IMG/VR virus record: IMGVR_UViG_3300045118_000047
Location: 6,779-70,778 of that record
DNA length: 64,000 nt
Direction: 5' to 3' (one strand)
Source: a virus
Positions 11,701 to 20,625 of the stretch are shown here, piece by piece. Numbering within the stretch: the stretch's first letter is position 1; each line of letters starts with the position of its first letter. Under the pieces are notes generated by a model. It was not told where the DNA came from, did no database searches, and was given only the letters and a program-made list of their open reading frames with translations. Made by a program: the position numbers and the translations under genes.

Positions 11701-12561
11701 TGGAAGGATGGCACCAAGAAGAAGTTTGGCAGCGAGTGCATCAACAAGATTCTGGCTGGTGACAATTCGCTCAAGAGCCTTTTCAAGAAGAACGCGGTGT
11801 TGCTCAGGAAGTACCAGATGTGGCTGGAAGTCCTGAACCGTCCGGTAGACCGGATGCCCAAAGTTCAGGAATACTACAGCAGTGGTATCTATATGATCGG
11901 TGACGATGAAGGGCGAAACATCGTCGTGGAGCGTGGTTCTATTCTATTCCATCCAGATGTGGACTTGAATCGGAATGTTGTTTCCCGTTACCCGTTCGTA
12001 GACGAAGAGACGGCGGCAAGGTATACGGGGAAGAAGACCTACGAGCAGTTCCGGGCGGAGCAGTTTAAGTCCATTGAAAAGGGGAAAGCCTTCTTACAGG
12101 GAGAGATCAATCATCTGGAGAGTTTCTTGGCAAAAATCGTTGAGAAGGGTCTCTTGAAGGCAGAGCAGGCTGGTATTCAGGCGGCAGCAGCGGCTCATCC
12201 GCTGGATGTGATAGTGAAGGGAACCTTTGGGGATGTCCCGGAAGATAATTACTATCGTCGAGCGATGAACAGCCTGATCGAAGTGATGGCACAGGAGAAG
12301 CAGGTTTCAGAGAAAGACTTTGGGGGAATGGAAGAACTTCGTGCCACGGCGGAAGAATTGGTTCGGAGTATCAAGGGCGATACGATGATTCGGGTGTTCC
12401 AAAGTGTAGGGGCTAGGCCGGAAATGTGTGCGGAAGGTCTATATTTCGAGACTTTCATCAAGGACATCGGAAAACAAGCGTCAGATGGAGCCGGGTTGCG
12501 GGTAAAGTTGTTGTTGGCTCAGACTCCGAGAACACTTCACGAAGCTGTAGAGCGGGGTTGA
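8788..12561 (+). CDS. large multidomain protein with HD-domain phosphohydrolase
   Basis: HD-family motifs DHGIRH...HDIG...THD...RLADN; low-complexity K/E/P N-terminal region; CxxC...C module near the C-terminus. Confidence 0.7.
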   Translation: MSRLFLRRAQLDEKVKQQIRKRVQELLKEKQNNPDQPDSAQNDAPENDPDSDGAVYLFDASDHSRSMVALEFDTRKEYELYKKEHDVDPGTKIRILEESGGKSKQQDEPSEKRGPAKEEAPKDRKPGKNEPEGKPVKKEEQGKPGKDKQDDKQPDKDKPETQEKKEERQPGEPLPHEHPSRIPEGMHRQVAIKDQLIDEFGADAKSWKVHKLFPFQITKNVTIKFPDGSDKKYGDLTPDEKTRVDKAVSEGLAASKGLGDYTSVTMASMQHNMATNLARYDDTSVEEVKNESADPVSPSNAEQTSKSLRENGRTVLKKYGKMMSSVSRPMAERFVDDMADAVSEGIKDGSLSGVHQSDLDEFVREDVKRMLHQETETRRRALGDHGIRHVAGNARNMMEMFRELQNGGTKVTGKQKFMALSAMANHDIGYTVGEAATDPAKGKKHKQFSKDLVDQEKDRYDKIFGQEDGGKVRDIIATHDDPKFDWEQDPVGSCVRLADNISLFGEDKVQDLFLRSPKAAMLCCKLHLAAQANPSDKKLQEEIKSQLHEVVDGGEFDEADREPLHNQIDEMTEGKFSTTTDILSRYSGELKGFKYDSDKKLMHVNMQYSTEGQVIDGLFGDEVACRQFEKMTKDLGGNPVRGKRGNTLFKSADGKPAFQLDIDGFDTDKNDSPYTPAMRDFQKQTARYELQRAVRRISPPPPANERDFERAKRAVEPAKEKFTEAEWKKLMEAFDEGKGDPVELAKKLNAWPLLQSEMAYLESKTASVSAVVRRIMLSYVVNRVAEDMLGLRGLSRVAFDLAEDIAYELQTQTKTTTRSEMKLRLILLGLKGSLAEKILDKWEENVSLWHHSRQWVAEWVRRMMGPALVTAARGMQVRRKDTDTIHDTGGVSKHRQRDPEMKPPREDLSNPHRTKDKPSGSHDPDTDGDPDLKSRKADGPSGIRRVTYYTAYPVETCDRCSAAIRQVALVEWKDGTKKKFGSECINKILAGDNSLKSLFKKNAVLLRKYQMWLEVLNRPVDRMPKVQEYYSSGIYMIGDDEGRNIVVERGSILFHPDVDLNRNVVSRYPFVDEETAARYTGKKTYEQFRAEQFKSIEKGKAFLQGEINHLESFLAKIVEKGLLKAEQAGIQAAAAAHPLDVIVKGTFGDVPEDNYYRRAMNSLIEVMAQEKQVSEKDFGGMEELRATAEELVRSIKGDTMIRVFQSVGARPEMCAEGLYFETFIKDIGKQASDGAGLRVKLLLAQTPRTLHEAVERG

Positions 12562-14048
12562 TGATGGACTATGGCGCGAGCGCAAAGAGCTTGCTGGCCG
12601 TGGCGCGTGGGATTGTGGCGACTTCTGCGGAGAAAGAAGTCGAGCGGTTCCTAAAGATCGTGCTGCGGGGAACGCCATTTGCCAACAAAACGCACGCTGT
12701 GGGTGGATACGTTCGTGACGAAGTGATGGGTTTGGAAGCCAAGGATTTGGACATTGTGGTGGAGATGAGAGGCGGAGCGGAAAAGCTGACCGTGATGCTC
12801 CATCAGATGTTTCCAGACCAGATCACCACGCCGAGACAGATGGGGACTGGCTATCCCATCTGGCAGATTACATTCAGAGAAGACATCGAGCATGACGGGA
12901 AAGTGTATCAAACGGCGGGTGCGATCATTGAGTTTGTGGATACGCAGAAGGAGTCTTTCCCGGACCCTAAAAGCCGACAACGTATCGTTGAGCATGGAAC
13001 GCTGAAGGAAGACATAGAGCGCCGGGACTTCACGGTTAACATGCTGTTGAAGGACTTGACTAACGGAGAGATTGTTGACCTGACGGGGACGAGTCTGAAA
13101 GACATTGAAGAAGGGGTGCTTCGGGGGCATCCCGGAGTGAACTTTGACAAGATACTACAGGATGATCCGCTTCGGATGATGCGGCTAGTTCGCTTTCAGG
13201 CAAAATACGGATGGGGTATTCCGGTGTCGGTGCTGAAGGCGGTTCGCCGGAATGCGCAACGTATCGAGATTGTGTCAGGGGAGCGGGTCAGGGACGAGTT
13301 GGTTAAGATCATGGAGCTGGGCAAACTGGCTCCGGCGATTCGATTGATGAAGGCAACGGGGTTGTTGCAATACGTGCTCCCCGAAGTGCAGGCGATGCAA
13401 GGGGTAGAGCATGAGTACACAAAGGGCCATCATCAGGAAGGGGACGTTCTCAGGCATACTTTACTGGTGCTGCAAGGGGCGAAGCCGGGGGTGGAAAGCC
13501 AGCTTGCGGCCTTACTGCATGATGTAGGAAAACCTGATACGCAGGACATTATAGAAGGGACGATCAGGTTTCTTGGACATGAGAAGGTGTCCGGCGAAAT
13601 CGCGGAAGCGATCCTGAGACGGTTGAAATTTGATTCGACGACGATTAGGAGGGTGCGGGCGATAGTGGAGTCACACATGCGTCCACACCATCTGGTGAGA
13701 AGTGATTCGGGTCCGAAGGCTTTGCGTCGGTTTATTCAGAAAGTGGGAATAGAACTGGTTGATGCGGTGCTGGACTTGGCGGAAGCGGATGAGCTGGGAA
13801 CACTTCCACCGGCCAACATGGTGCCCGATCTGAGAAAAGAGATCGACGCGATCCGGGCACCGATAGAGAAGTCGGAAGATTTGCCCGTGGATGGCAAGGA
13901 CGTGATGCGGGTTCTGGGAGTCGGGCCGGGGAAGCAGGTGGGCCAAGCCTTGCAGTTTTTGAAGGACAAAAAGTTTGACATGCTGCAACGGGGCCACGAG
14001 ATGACGAAAGATGACGCCGAGCGGTTGTTGAAGGAGTTCGCTCTATGA
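12561..14048 (+). CDS. cca: class II tRNA nucleotidyltransferase (CCA-adding / poly(A) polymerase family) with HD domain
   Basis: VGGYVRD..DLD, ERRDFTVN, DDPLRMMR..RF, ERVRDELVK, HHQEGDV..HT, LLHDVGK. Confidence 0.9.
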   Translation: MMDYGASAKSLLAVARGIVATSAEKEVERFLKIVLRGTPFANKTHAVGGYVRDEVMGLEAKDLDIVVEMRGGAEKLTVMLHQMFPDQITTPRQMGTGYPIWQITFREDIEHDGKVYQTAGAIIEFVDTQKESFPDPKSRQRIVEHGTLKEDIERRDFTVNMLLKDLTNGEIVDLTGTSLKDIEEGVLRGHPGVNFDKILQDDPLRMMRLVRFQAKYGWGIPVSVLKAVRRNAQRIEIVSGERVRDELVKIMELGKLAPAIRLMKATGLLQYVLPEVQAMQGVEHEYTKGHHQEGDVLRHTLLVLQGAKPGVESQLAALLHDVGKPDTQDIIEGTIRFLGHEKVSGEIAEAILRRLKFDSTTIRRVRAIVESHMRPHHLVRSDSGPKALRRFIQKVGIELVDAVLDLAEADELGTLPPANMVPDLRKEIDAIRAPIEKSEDLPVDGKDVMRVLGVGPGKQVGQALQFLKDKKFDMLQRGHEMTKDDAERLLKEFAL

Positions 14049-14404
14049 ACGAAGTCAGGATTGCCGATAAGATCGCGGCCATGATTGATGACCTGAATGT
14101 GTGGCTACCGCAGGATGTGTTCAACGTCGTGCGGCTCTATCCGTCTGATTTTCAGATGGAAGTGTTGGACGCTCTAAAGCGCAAACAGCACAAGGTTTTC
14201 AGGGTTTTGACTACGCGGGGTGGTGATCCAGCCCGGTCTGGTCAGGAAACGGGGTATGTGATTGCGGTGAATCAGGCTATCCGCGTGGTGCATGATTCTG
14301 GTCCGGCGGGTGGGGAAACTGTGGACCGGGTGCGGACATGGCGGATTGGCGGGAACACGATTAGCATGGCGGGCTATTACAAGTTTTGGACGCCGCTGGA
14401 CTGA
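14045..14404 (+). CDS. hypothetical protein
   Basis: Translationally coupled to cca; begins MNEVRIADKIAA. Confidence 0.55.
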   Translation: MNEVRIADKIAAMIDDLNVWLPQDVFNVVRLYPSDFQMEVLDALKRKQHKVFRVLTTRGGDPARSGQETGYVIAVNQAIRVVHDSGPAGGETVDRVRTWRIGGNTISMAGYYKFWTPLD

Positions 14405-14415
14405 CGGGGGTGAGT

Positions 14416-14745
14416 ATGAAAGAAGAAAGGATCGCAAAAATGGCAGAGAACGTAGCATCTGGAGTGGAAGTTCCAAGCGGCGCTACGCTTCCGCATCTGA
14501 GAGTGGCGGCGGAAGAGAGCCTTCCCGCTGAAGGGGCGGACGACGATATGGCTTTGGCCAATGTGGACCAAGCCCTTGATACTGTATTGGCGGCTATCGG
14601 CGTGCTTGACGACAATCTTCCGAAGATCAAAACAGACAATGTGCCGCAGAAGGCGGCGGTGGATGCTGTCCAAGACCTGTTGGATACGGCGATCAAGCCG
14701 TATTTTGCTGACATGTTGAAGGCTATGCAGATTTTTGGAAAGTAG
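14416..14745 (+). CDS. hypothetical acidic helical protein
   Basis: ORF in operon; begins MKEERIAKMAE. Confidence 0.55.
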   Translation: MKEERIAKMAENVASGVEVPSGATLPHLRVAAEESLPAEGADDDMALANVDQALDTVLAAIGVLDDNLPKIKTDNVPQKAAVDAVQDLLDTAIKPYFADMLKAMQIFGK

Positions 14746-14760
14746 GAAAGGAGAAGTACC

Positions 14761-15171
14761 ATGAGTGCTAACGAGAGAGTTCAGATTGACAGTGGTGACA
14801 TCGCGGCTGGGCAACTTGCTGCGTCTCAGGCAGCTCGGACGGCGTTTACTCCGGGCAAAGCGACATCCTTGCCGGGTGACATGAATTGGCCCAAGGACCA
14901 TCGAATCCCGACCGGGACACCTGCCTTTGACGGGGAAGCGGCAGGTCCGGTTTTGATGAACCGGATGCGGGTCGTCAAGCTGGGACGAAACATTGTCTCG
15001 GACCAAACGATTGCTGCCCCGGTTACGAGTGCTCCCGTGACGACAACGATCACCAGCTCAAAGGAGTGGGGAACGGTAAGTCCCACAGTGACAGTGACGC
15101 CAACCAATACCCAGAGCAACAACGGTCAGCAAGAGCGTCAGGCCGGTAATGACCGGATCGCGAGCGCATAG
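14761..15171 (+). CDS. hypothetical protein, Thr-rich C-terminus
   Basis: Strong RBS AGGAG. Confidence 0.6.
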   Translation: MSANERVQIDSGDIAAGQLAASQAARTAFTPGKATSLPGDMNWPKDHRIPTGTPAFDGEAAGPVLMNRMRVVKLGRNIVSDQTIAAPVTSAPVTTTITSSKEWGTVSPTVTVTPTNTQSNNGQQERQAGNDRIASA

Positions 15172-15179
15172 GGGGAACC

Positions 15180-15632
15180 ATGAGTGTGCGTAAGACGTTT
15201 AGTTTTACCGGCACCGTTACCAGCGCGAAGGGATGGTTGCGGAGACAGGTTATCGGCAAGCCCGTCAGTGGCGTGATCTGGGTAACGGGGAATGCGGCGG
15301 ACTTCCCAGCTCCCATTCGCAAGGCATTTACTGTTGGCGGTCAGATCACTCAGGCTCCTTTGATTGGGAGTATGTTTCCCGGCAAGGACATAAAAGCCGA
15401 CGGGTATCCCTACGTGTTGAAGTCATACGATGTGGTGGATGTGATCGAGACGGATTCTGCCAAGGTGAATGTGTTTTTGACCGTTGTGCCGGACTGGTCG
15501 AAGCTCGACAAGATCAAGACGCTGGGTTCTCCAAAGGCATGGTTGTACAGGATCATGGCTTCAGACATGGTTGTGGAAGGCGTAGCGACGTTTGTTGGAG
15601 ATACGACGTTTCTGGAATCGGGAAGGAAATGA
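15180..15632 (+). CDS. hypothetical protein
   Basis: RBS GGGGG, contiguous operon. Confidence 0.55.
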   Translation: MSVRKTFSFTGTVTSAKGWLRRQVIGKPVSGVIWVTGNAADFPAPIRKAFTVGGQITQAPLIGSMFPGKDIKADGYPYVLKSYDVVDVIETDSAKVNVFLTVVPDWSKLDKIKTLGSPKAWLYRIMASDMVVEGVATFVGDTTFLESGRK

Positions 15633-15633
15633 G

Positions 15634-15951
15634 ATGGCTTTCAGTTTTCCCTATCCGACGTTGGCAGCAACGCCACGTCCGCCGGGACAGGGCTGCAAAG
15701 CCTGTGTTCATCGGACATATTGTCCGGCGTTGTACTGGTTTGCCCGGTATGGGGTAGAGAAGCGGACGATTGACGATCACAATGGCGTCCAGTGTGCGTC
15801 GTGGTCGAATAATCCGGCGGATCAGGTCAAAACGACTGGGACACAGACGGATTTGGAAGAAGTGGAATACATCTATAACCAAGGCATCGGGTCTGAGCCG
15901 GATCGCAACGGGCTTTCGGATCAGGTGACAGCAACAAGCAGGTTGCCATAA
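15634..15951 (+). CDS. hypothetical Cys-containing protein
   Basis: CKAC..YC...C motif, contiguous operon. Confidence 0.55.
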   Translation: MAFSFPYPTLAATPRPPGQGCKACVHRTYCPALYWFARYGVEKRTIDDHNGVQCASWSNNPADQVKTTGTQTDLEEVEYIYNQGIGSEPDRNGLSDQVTATSRLP

Positions 15952-16358
15952 TGCCACTGTCATTTTCAGAAGCGATTCGGAAAGACATTAGCCGGATCAA
16001 GTTCATCAAGGAGATGGAGAAGCTGGCTCCGCGTCGCAAGCCAAAGCGGGTGGGCAAGACTCCCGCCTATGGGACTCTGTACGCCCTTAGAAATGTCCGC
16101 ATGTCGATCCGAGAAGGTGCGTTGCGTTTGGTCCAGATTATCATCACTTACACAAAGATCACCACCGGGGAGACAAAGCGGTATGTTGTGGCTCCCTATT
16201 CCTATCGGTATCGTAAGCTCAGGATTGGAGTTCGGAAGATGTTGTTCGCCTATGACATGGCAGACAAGCATATCAAGGGATTTGTCTTGGCAAACATCAA
16301 GCGTGTGGCGCTGACGGACAGGAAGTTTAGACCCAAGTGGCCAGTTGAGATCGGGTAA
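15951..16358 (+). CDS. stand-alone WYL-domain-like protein
   Basis: I.Y...G....R.V.PY ... LFAYD ... KGF.L.NI..V..T..KF matches the WYL (SH3-like) pattern. Confidence 0.65.
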   Translation: MPLSFSEAIRKDISRIKFIKEMEKLAPRRKPKRVGKTPAYGTLYALRNVRMSIREGALRLVQIIITYTKITTGETKRYVVAPYSYRYRKLRIGVRKMLFAYDMADKHIKGFVLANIKRVALTDRKFRPKWPVEIG

Positions 16359-16413
16359 GGGCAAAGAACGTAACAATTCTTTTATATTCCGAGCAAGAAT
16401 GGAGGGACTAGGT

Positions 16414-19218
16414 ATGAGAACACGCAGGGGAAGCCTGTTGTCGGGCGGAGTTGTAGGCGACGCCCTACTTTCGTACAAGCCGGGTGACGTTGTGAAACCC
16501 GTGATTGTTAGGGACTGCCTTTTCACGGGAGTCGTGCGGGCCGTCGATGTGAAGACAAACAAGATCACAGTCGCTTGGGGCGGGGGTCCTGAGAGCCAGC
16601 ATGACGTAGACGAGATCATGCCCGTGCCGTTTTTTGGTTCGGTGAAGACAGCTTCGATGATGGCGGCAGACCAGACGGACTTCGTTGAGCCTGATATGGA
16701 ATCATTGCTGTGCCGTCAGGTCGGCGTCGAGTTCTATTCGGCGTACCTGTACTATATGATTGCGGCCATCTGCCAGAGCAAGGGACTGGTTGGATTCCAA
16801 GCATGGTTTGAGCGCCAAGGTGATGATGAAATCGACCATGCGATGAAGGTGTACAAGTATCTGGTGGATACCGGTTCGCAGGTAGTTCTGCCTGAGATTC
16901 CAAGCCCGGATGTCAGCCCGGACGCGGAGATCGCCGAGCTTGCTCAGACGGTGCTTGACCATGAAATGTCGGTGACGAAGGACTGGCAGGCGATTGGCAG
17001 GCTATCCAAGACGCAGGACAATGCGGCGACCTGCAAGATGGTTCAGGACTTCATGGACGAGCAGATTGAAGAAGAAGATGCTGCCGTGACCCTATGCCAG
17101 AAAGTCCAGTTGGCAGACTCAGGGAGTGGTATTCTTCTGGTTGATAACGACCTGAAGGATCGGGACCCGAATGAAGTCAAGGCTTCTTCATGGAAGCAGA
17201 TTCAGGCGGGCTTGAAAGAAGTTGTAGGGAAGGTGTCCGACTCACCGTGTGCTGTGTGTGATGCTATGGCCTTCCTGTCTTCGACGATTCTTTCCGCAAA
17301 GCCTGTGGTGGTTGCAACTCGCCGTGCTCGTGGAGTGACAGCGGATTTTTTCGTATCGACCGGCACATTTGAACCGCCTGCCAACGAGCCGAACTTTGTG
17401 AACGAAAATGATCCGAAAAGGGCGGCTGAAGTCGCATTGACATGCAATCGTTGTGGGAAAGCTCTCTCGCCGATCAAGGGTTATGAGAACTCGAAATGGC
17501 GGCATTGTCCTTGTGGTGGTGTTGCAACGCTCAAGCCGGTGGTGAAGCGGGCTTTCGATGACGACGATGACGAAGAAGTGACATGCCCGTGGTGCCATGC
17601 TGACCAGATGGCGTCCGAATGTCTGCTGGGCGGGCTGGGGAGTGTGCTCCATTACCGGTGTCGGTATTGTGGTGGTCAATGGTCCCATTCAAGGAAGCGG
17701 TCAGGGAACACAATTAAAGCGACTGGCGAGATGGGGATTCGCGATCTTCAGCCCGGCGGAGAGCACTATGAGTGGGCCGAAGACATCAAGCGGGCCGCGA
17801 AAAGGATTCAAAGCCTGACAAGGGGCTTAACCCGCTTTCAGGAGATGCGCCCATTCGACGTGTATCAGGGTCCGTATGCCCAGATGAACAATGCAAAGCT
17901 GTGGAGTGACGAGCGGGAGGGAAAATACTTCTTCGAGCTGTTTCAGGGCGGAAGTTATGGGCACCGGGTAGGTCCAGCCAATCTTGAAACATCTGTTAGG
18001 GGCAGTCCCGACGAGATTGCCGATTGGCTGATGGAGTATCACAAGAACGCTTCGGCGAAGATGGCTGCCAGTTCGCGAGTGGCGGCGGCTGGTCCCTTGA
18101 CGCTTCTGATGGAGCTTCAGACCTATCTCAACCAAGGAAGACTTGATGATGAGAAGTGGCTAAAGACAGTCGGATACGGCTGGGGGCACACTCCGGGGGT
18201 GGACTACATCTTTGGCGATGCCGGAACAGACATTGCGTATGCGCTGATCGGGTTTGCATCCGGGCACAAGTCCCAAGAAGAGACACTGCGGGTTGTCCGG
18301 CAGAATATCCATCAGGCGATCAGGGAAAACGAGCCTTTCCGTGGGATGACGGGGGAAAGCCCAAGAACGCATGAGCTTTGGATGCAGATGATGAACAAGA
18401 AGCTCGGTCGTGTTGCTGCTGCCAAGGAAGTCCAGTTCTTGCGCAGGGATGGCAGTGTGTTCGCGACAATCAGGGATGCGAAAGGCGCTTTTGATCTTTG
18501 GAAGCGCGGGCAGCACGACGTGGTCGTGGAAGGCGAGAAGTACAAGGCTGGTGATTTCCGTGGTCGCGAAGCTATCGAGAAGCTGTTCGGAGAAAAGTAC
18601 AGGCTGGGTAGCGATTCTGACTTCTCTGGCCTTCGCAGTCGCCGGGCGATGTACTGGTGTGCCCCGGACAGGACATACCGGCTGACCCAGCAGGAGCAGA
18701 CAAATGGCACAGCAGTTTGCCCACAATGCAAGGGCGAAATGAGCAGGGAGCGGTTCACTCGCTCCGACAAGTTGCTGGTGTGCCCCGGATGTGGATTCAA
18801 GATTCCGACAAGCAAGGCGGTCAAGCAGATCGAAGTGAAGGTCCCGGCTGGCGTTTCGGTGGAAGTTACCCAGCAGGACGAAGCCGGAAACGATGTAGCG
18901 GGACAGAATATCCCGGCAGCATCCGAAGGCGGGCGTGGTCGCAAGGCTGGCAATCCTGTGACGCCAGAAGAGCTGGTGGAGATCGGGCGCATGGAGTTGT
19001 CGCAGATCGCCTATCTGGTCTACCGGGATTGGAAGAATGTCTATTTCGGAGCCAAGCCCTATCTTGAAGCCATGTCGTCGCTCCGCAGTGTGAGTGATAT
19101 GTACATGGCGGATAGTGGTACGTCTATCGTGGCGTATTTCTTGGCGAACGCGAATACATGGCGTGGCGAAGTAGCCAAGGCCGTGAAAAAGGAGCTGAAT
19201 CGAAGGATTCGGCGGTAA
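16414..19218 (+). CDS. polyprotein-like multidomain protein: SH3-like, ferritin (FtnA-like), several Zn ribbons and unknown modules
   Basis: Ferritin motifs EFYSAYLY..GF..WF..Q..DE..HAMK, HE..VT, EQIEEE; CxxC pairs; RBS GGAGG at 16401. Confidence 0.75.
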   Translation: MRTRRGSLLSGGVVGDALLSYKPGDVVKPVIVRDCLFTGVVRAVDVKTNKITVAWGGGPESQHDVDEIMPVPFFGSVKTASMMAADQTDFVEPDMESLLCRQVGVEFYSAYLYYMIAAICQSKGLVGFQAWFERQGDDEIDHAMKVYKYLVDTGSQVVLPEIPSPDVSPDAEIAELAQTVLDHEMSVTKDWQAIGRLSKTQDNAATCKMVQDFMDEQIEEEDAAVTLCQKVQLADSGSGILLVDNDLKDRDPNEVKASSWKQIQAGLKEVVGKVSDSPCAVCDAMAFLSSTILSAKPVVVATRRARGVTADFFVSTGTFEPPANEPNFVNENDPKRAAEVALTCNRCGKALSPIKGYENSKWRHCPCGGVATLKPVVKRAFDDDDDEEVTCPWCHADQMASECLLGGLGSVLHYRCRYCGGQWSHSRKRSGNTIKATGEMGIRDLQPGGEHYEWAEDIKRAAKRIQSLTRGLTRFQEMRPFDVYQGPYAQMNNAKLWSDEREGKYFFELFQGGSYGHRVGPANLETSVRGSPDEIADWLMEYHKNASAKMAASSRVAAAGPLTLLMELQTYLNQGRLDDEKWLKTVGYGWGHTPGVDYIFGDAGTDIAYALIGFASGHKSQEETLRVVRQNIHQAIRENEPFRGMTGESPRTHELWMQMMNKKLGRVAAAKEVQFLRRDGSVFATIRDAKGAFDLWKRGQHDVVVEGEKYKAGDFRGREAIEKLFGEKYRLGSDSDFSGLRSRRAMYWCAPDRTYRLTQQEQTNGTAVCPQCKGEMSRERFTRSDKLLVCPGCGFKIPTSKAVKQIEVKVPAGVSVEVTQQDEAGNDVAGQNIPAASEGGRGRKAGNPVTPEELVEIGRMELSQIAYLVYRDWKNVYFGAKPYLEAMSSLRSVSDMYMADSGTSIVAYFLANANTWRGEVAKAVKKELNRRIRR

Positions 19219-19266
19219 CAAGGATGTCCCGGAGCAAGAGCGACGGGTAGCAAGGAGGAACAGGTC

Positions 19267-19521
19267 ATGGCATACAGTAAGGCATATCAGACGGTGACAG
19301 CGGGACGAGTTCGTGAAGATGAGGCCATCGGCTTCTTCGGACAGAACGAGATCGCAACCCCAGCTCGCGTGACGAGCTTCAAGTCGGTCGGCGGTCAGAC
19401 TCAGCCGACGATTGTTGAAGACCCGAACGAGTTCGTGGGCAAGTCCGTTAACCTTGGTGGAGTGACGAGCACGAAGCGCAACAAGGGCGCGTATCGTCCG
19501 CCGACAGTCAATGTGACCTAA
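19267..19521 (+). CDS. hypothetical protein, possibly structural
   Basis: Strong RBS AGGAGG. Confidence 0.6.
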   Translation: MAYSKAYQTVTAGRVREDEAIGFFGQNEIATPARVTSFKSVGGQTQPTIVEDPNEFVGKSVNLGGVTSTKRNKGAYRPPTVNVT

Positions 19522-19538
19522 GCTGCGTGACTCCCCAC

Positions 19539-19583
19539 AGGGCTGACCGCCGGGAAGTCCCGTTTCCCCGTCAGCCCTTTTCT
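19539..19583 (+). terminator. probable intrinsic terminator
   Basis: AGGGCTGAC...GTCAGCCCT stem followed by TTT. Confidence 0.5.
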
Positions 19584-19598
19584 CTAAAGGAGCGGACG

Positions 19599-20624
19599 AT
19601 GGGAAGGAACGGTAGGATTGTAGCTCGCATTCTTTCGGGGATGCGGGCTGCTGCCCCGTGGGAGTCTTGTTTTCAGGCTCAGGAAGACTTGGCGGAGAAC
19701 GAAGCTATGGACGAACTACGTGGTCGAAAAGCGGTGACGATTACACCCATCGTTCCGGGCGGGCTGTATGCTTGCGGCGGAACATACTGGGTCAACGGCG
19801 AAGAGCAGTTTGCTTTCGTGCGTGGCGGCGGCAGGGTGTATGTTACCGACAGCGACAACGCTATGGACTTGTTTCGTTTTACCAAGCACCACTCGCATCT
19901 CTATGAAGTGGGTCTGCGTGGCGCTATCTCGCAAAGAGCAAGACTGGTGTACCGATCCGGCGAAGCTCATACCGTCGGTTCTCCTGAGCGTCTTGATCTG
20001 ACTCCAGACTTGAAGGCGCAACTGAACAAGGGACTGGCGAATTTTTGGTCTATTCGTCCAGCGGCTACGGCACATATTGCGATGGAGTTTCCTTCCCAAG
20101 AAGCTCTGGATAAGTATCTCAAGGAGCATCCTGATGCGGATCGGTCCAATCATCGAGTGGTGAAAGACAAGAAGGATGAAACTCCCGATGAAGTAGAAGA
20201 AAGACTCAAGAAGAAGATGGGTCCCGCCTACAAGCCGCAGGATCAAAGGATCAAGGAAGAGAAGGAAAAGTGGGACGCATATACTCAGGCATGGAACAAG
20301 GCTGGTAAGCCGAAGGACTTTCCTTCTATCCATGAGTGGACGAAACGGAGAAAGAGCATGACAACAACGGATCAACGAGTTGCGAGCGAGCTGTTGGCCG
20401 TGGCGAGAGACCTTGCTGCGATGGACTTTCCTTCTCAAAAGGCTTTGGACAAGTATCTCAAGGAGCATCCTGATGCGGATCGCGGCAAGCATAAGGTCGT
20501 GAAGCAGACTGATCGGGACTACGACTACACGCTTGAAAAGGATAACGACGTGTTCCAGCAGGATATGTCGGCTTCGAGAGTGGCGGCAGGGTTGCTTTCC
20601 TTGGCTCGTGCTCTGATGGAGTAA
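19599..20624 (+). CDS. hypothetical protein with two M[DE]FPSQ.ALDKYLKEHPDAD modules and amphipathic tags
   Basis: Internal repeat; VASELLAVARDL and C-terminal VAAGLLSLARAL. Confidence 0.65.
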   Translation: MGRNGRIVARILSGMRAAAPWESCFQAQEDLAENEAMDELRGRKAVTITPIVPGGLYACGGTYWVNGEEQFAFVRGGGRVYVTDSDNAMDLFRFTKHHSHLYEVGLRGAISQRARLVYRSGEAHTVGSPERLDLTPDLKAQLNKGLANFWSIRPAATAHIAMEFPSQEALDKYLKEHPDADRSNHRVVKDKKDETPDEVEERLKKKMGPAYKPQDQRIKEEKEKWDAYTQAWNKAGKPKDFPSIHEWTKRRKSMTTTDQRVASELLAVARDLAAMDFPSQKALDKYLKEHPDADRGKHKVVKQTDRDYDYTLEKDNDVFQQDMSASRVAAGLLSLARALME

Positions 20625-20625
20625 C

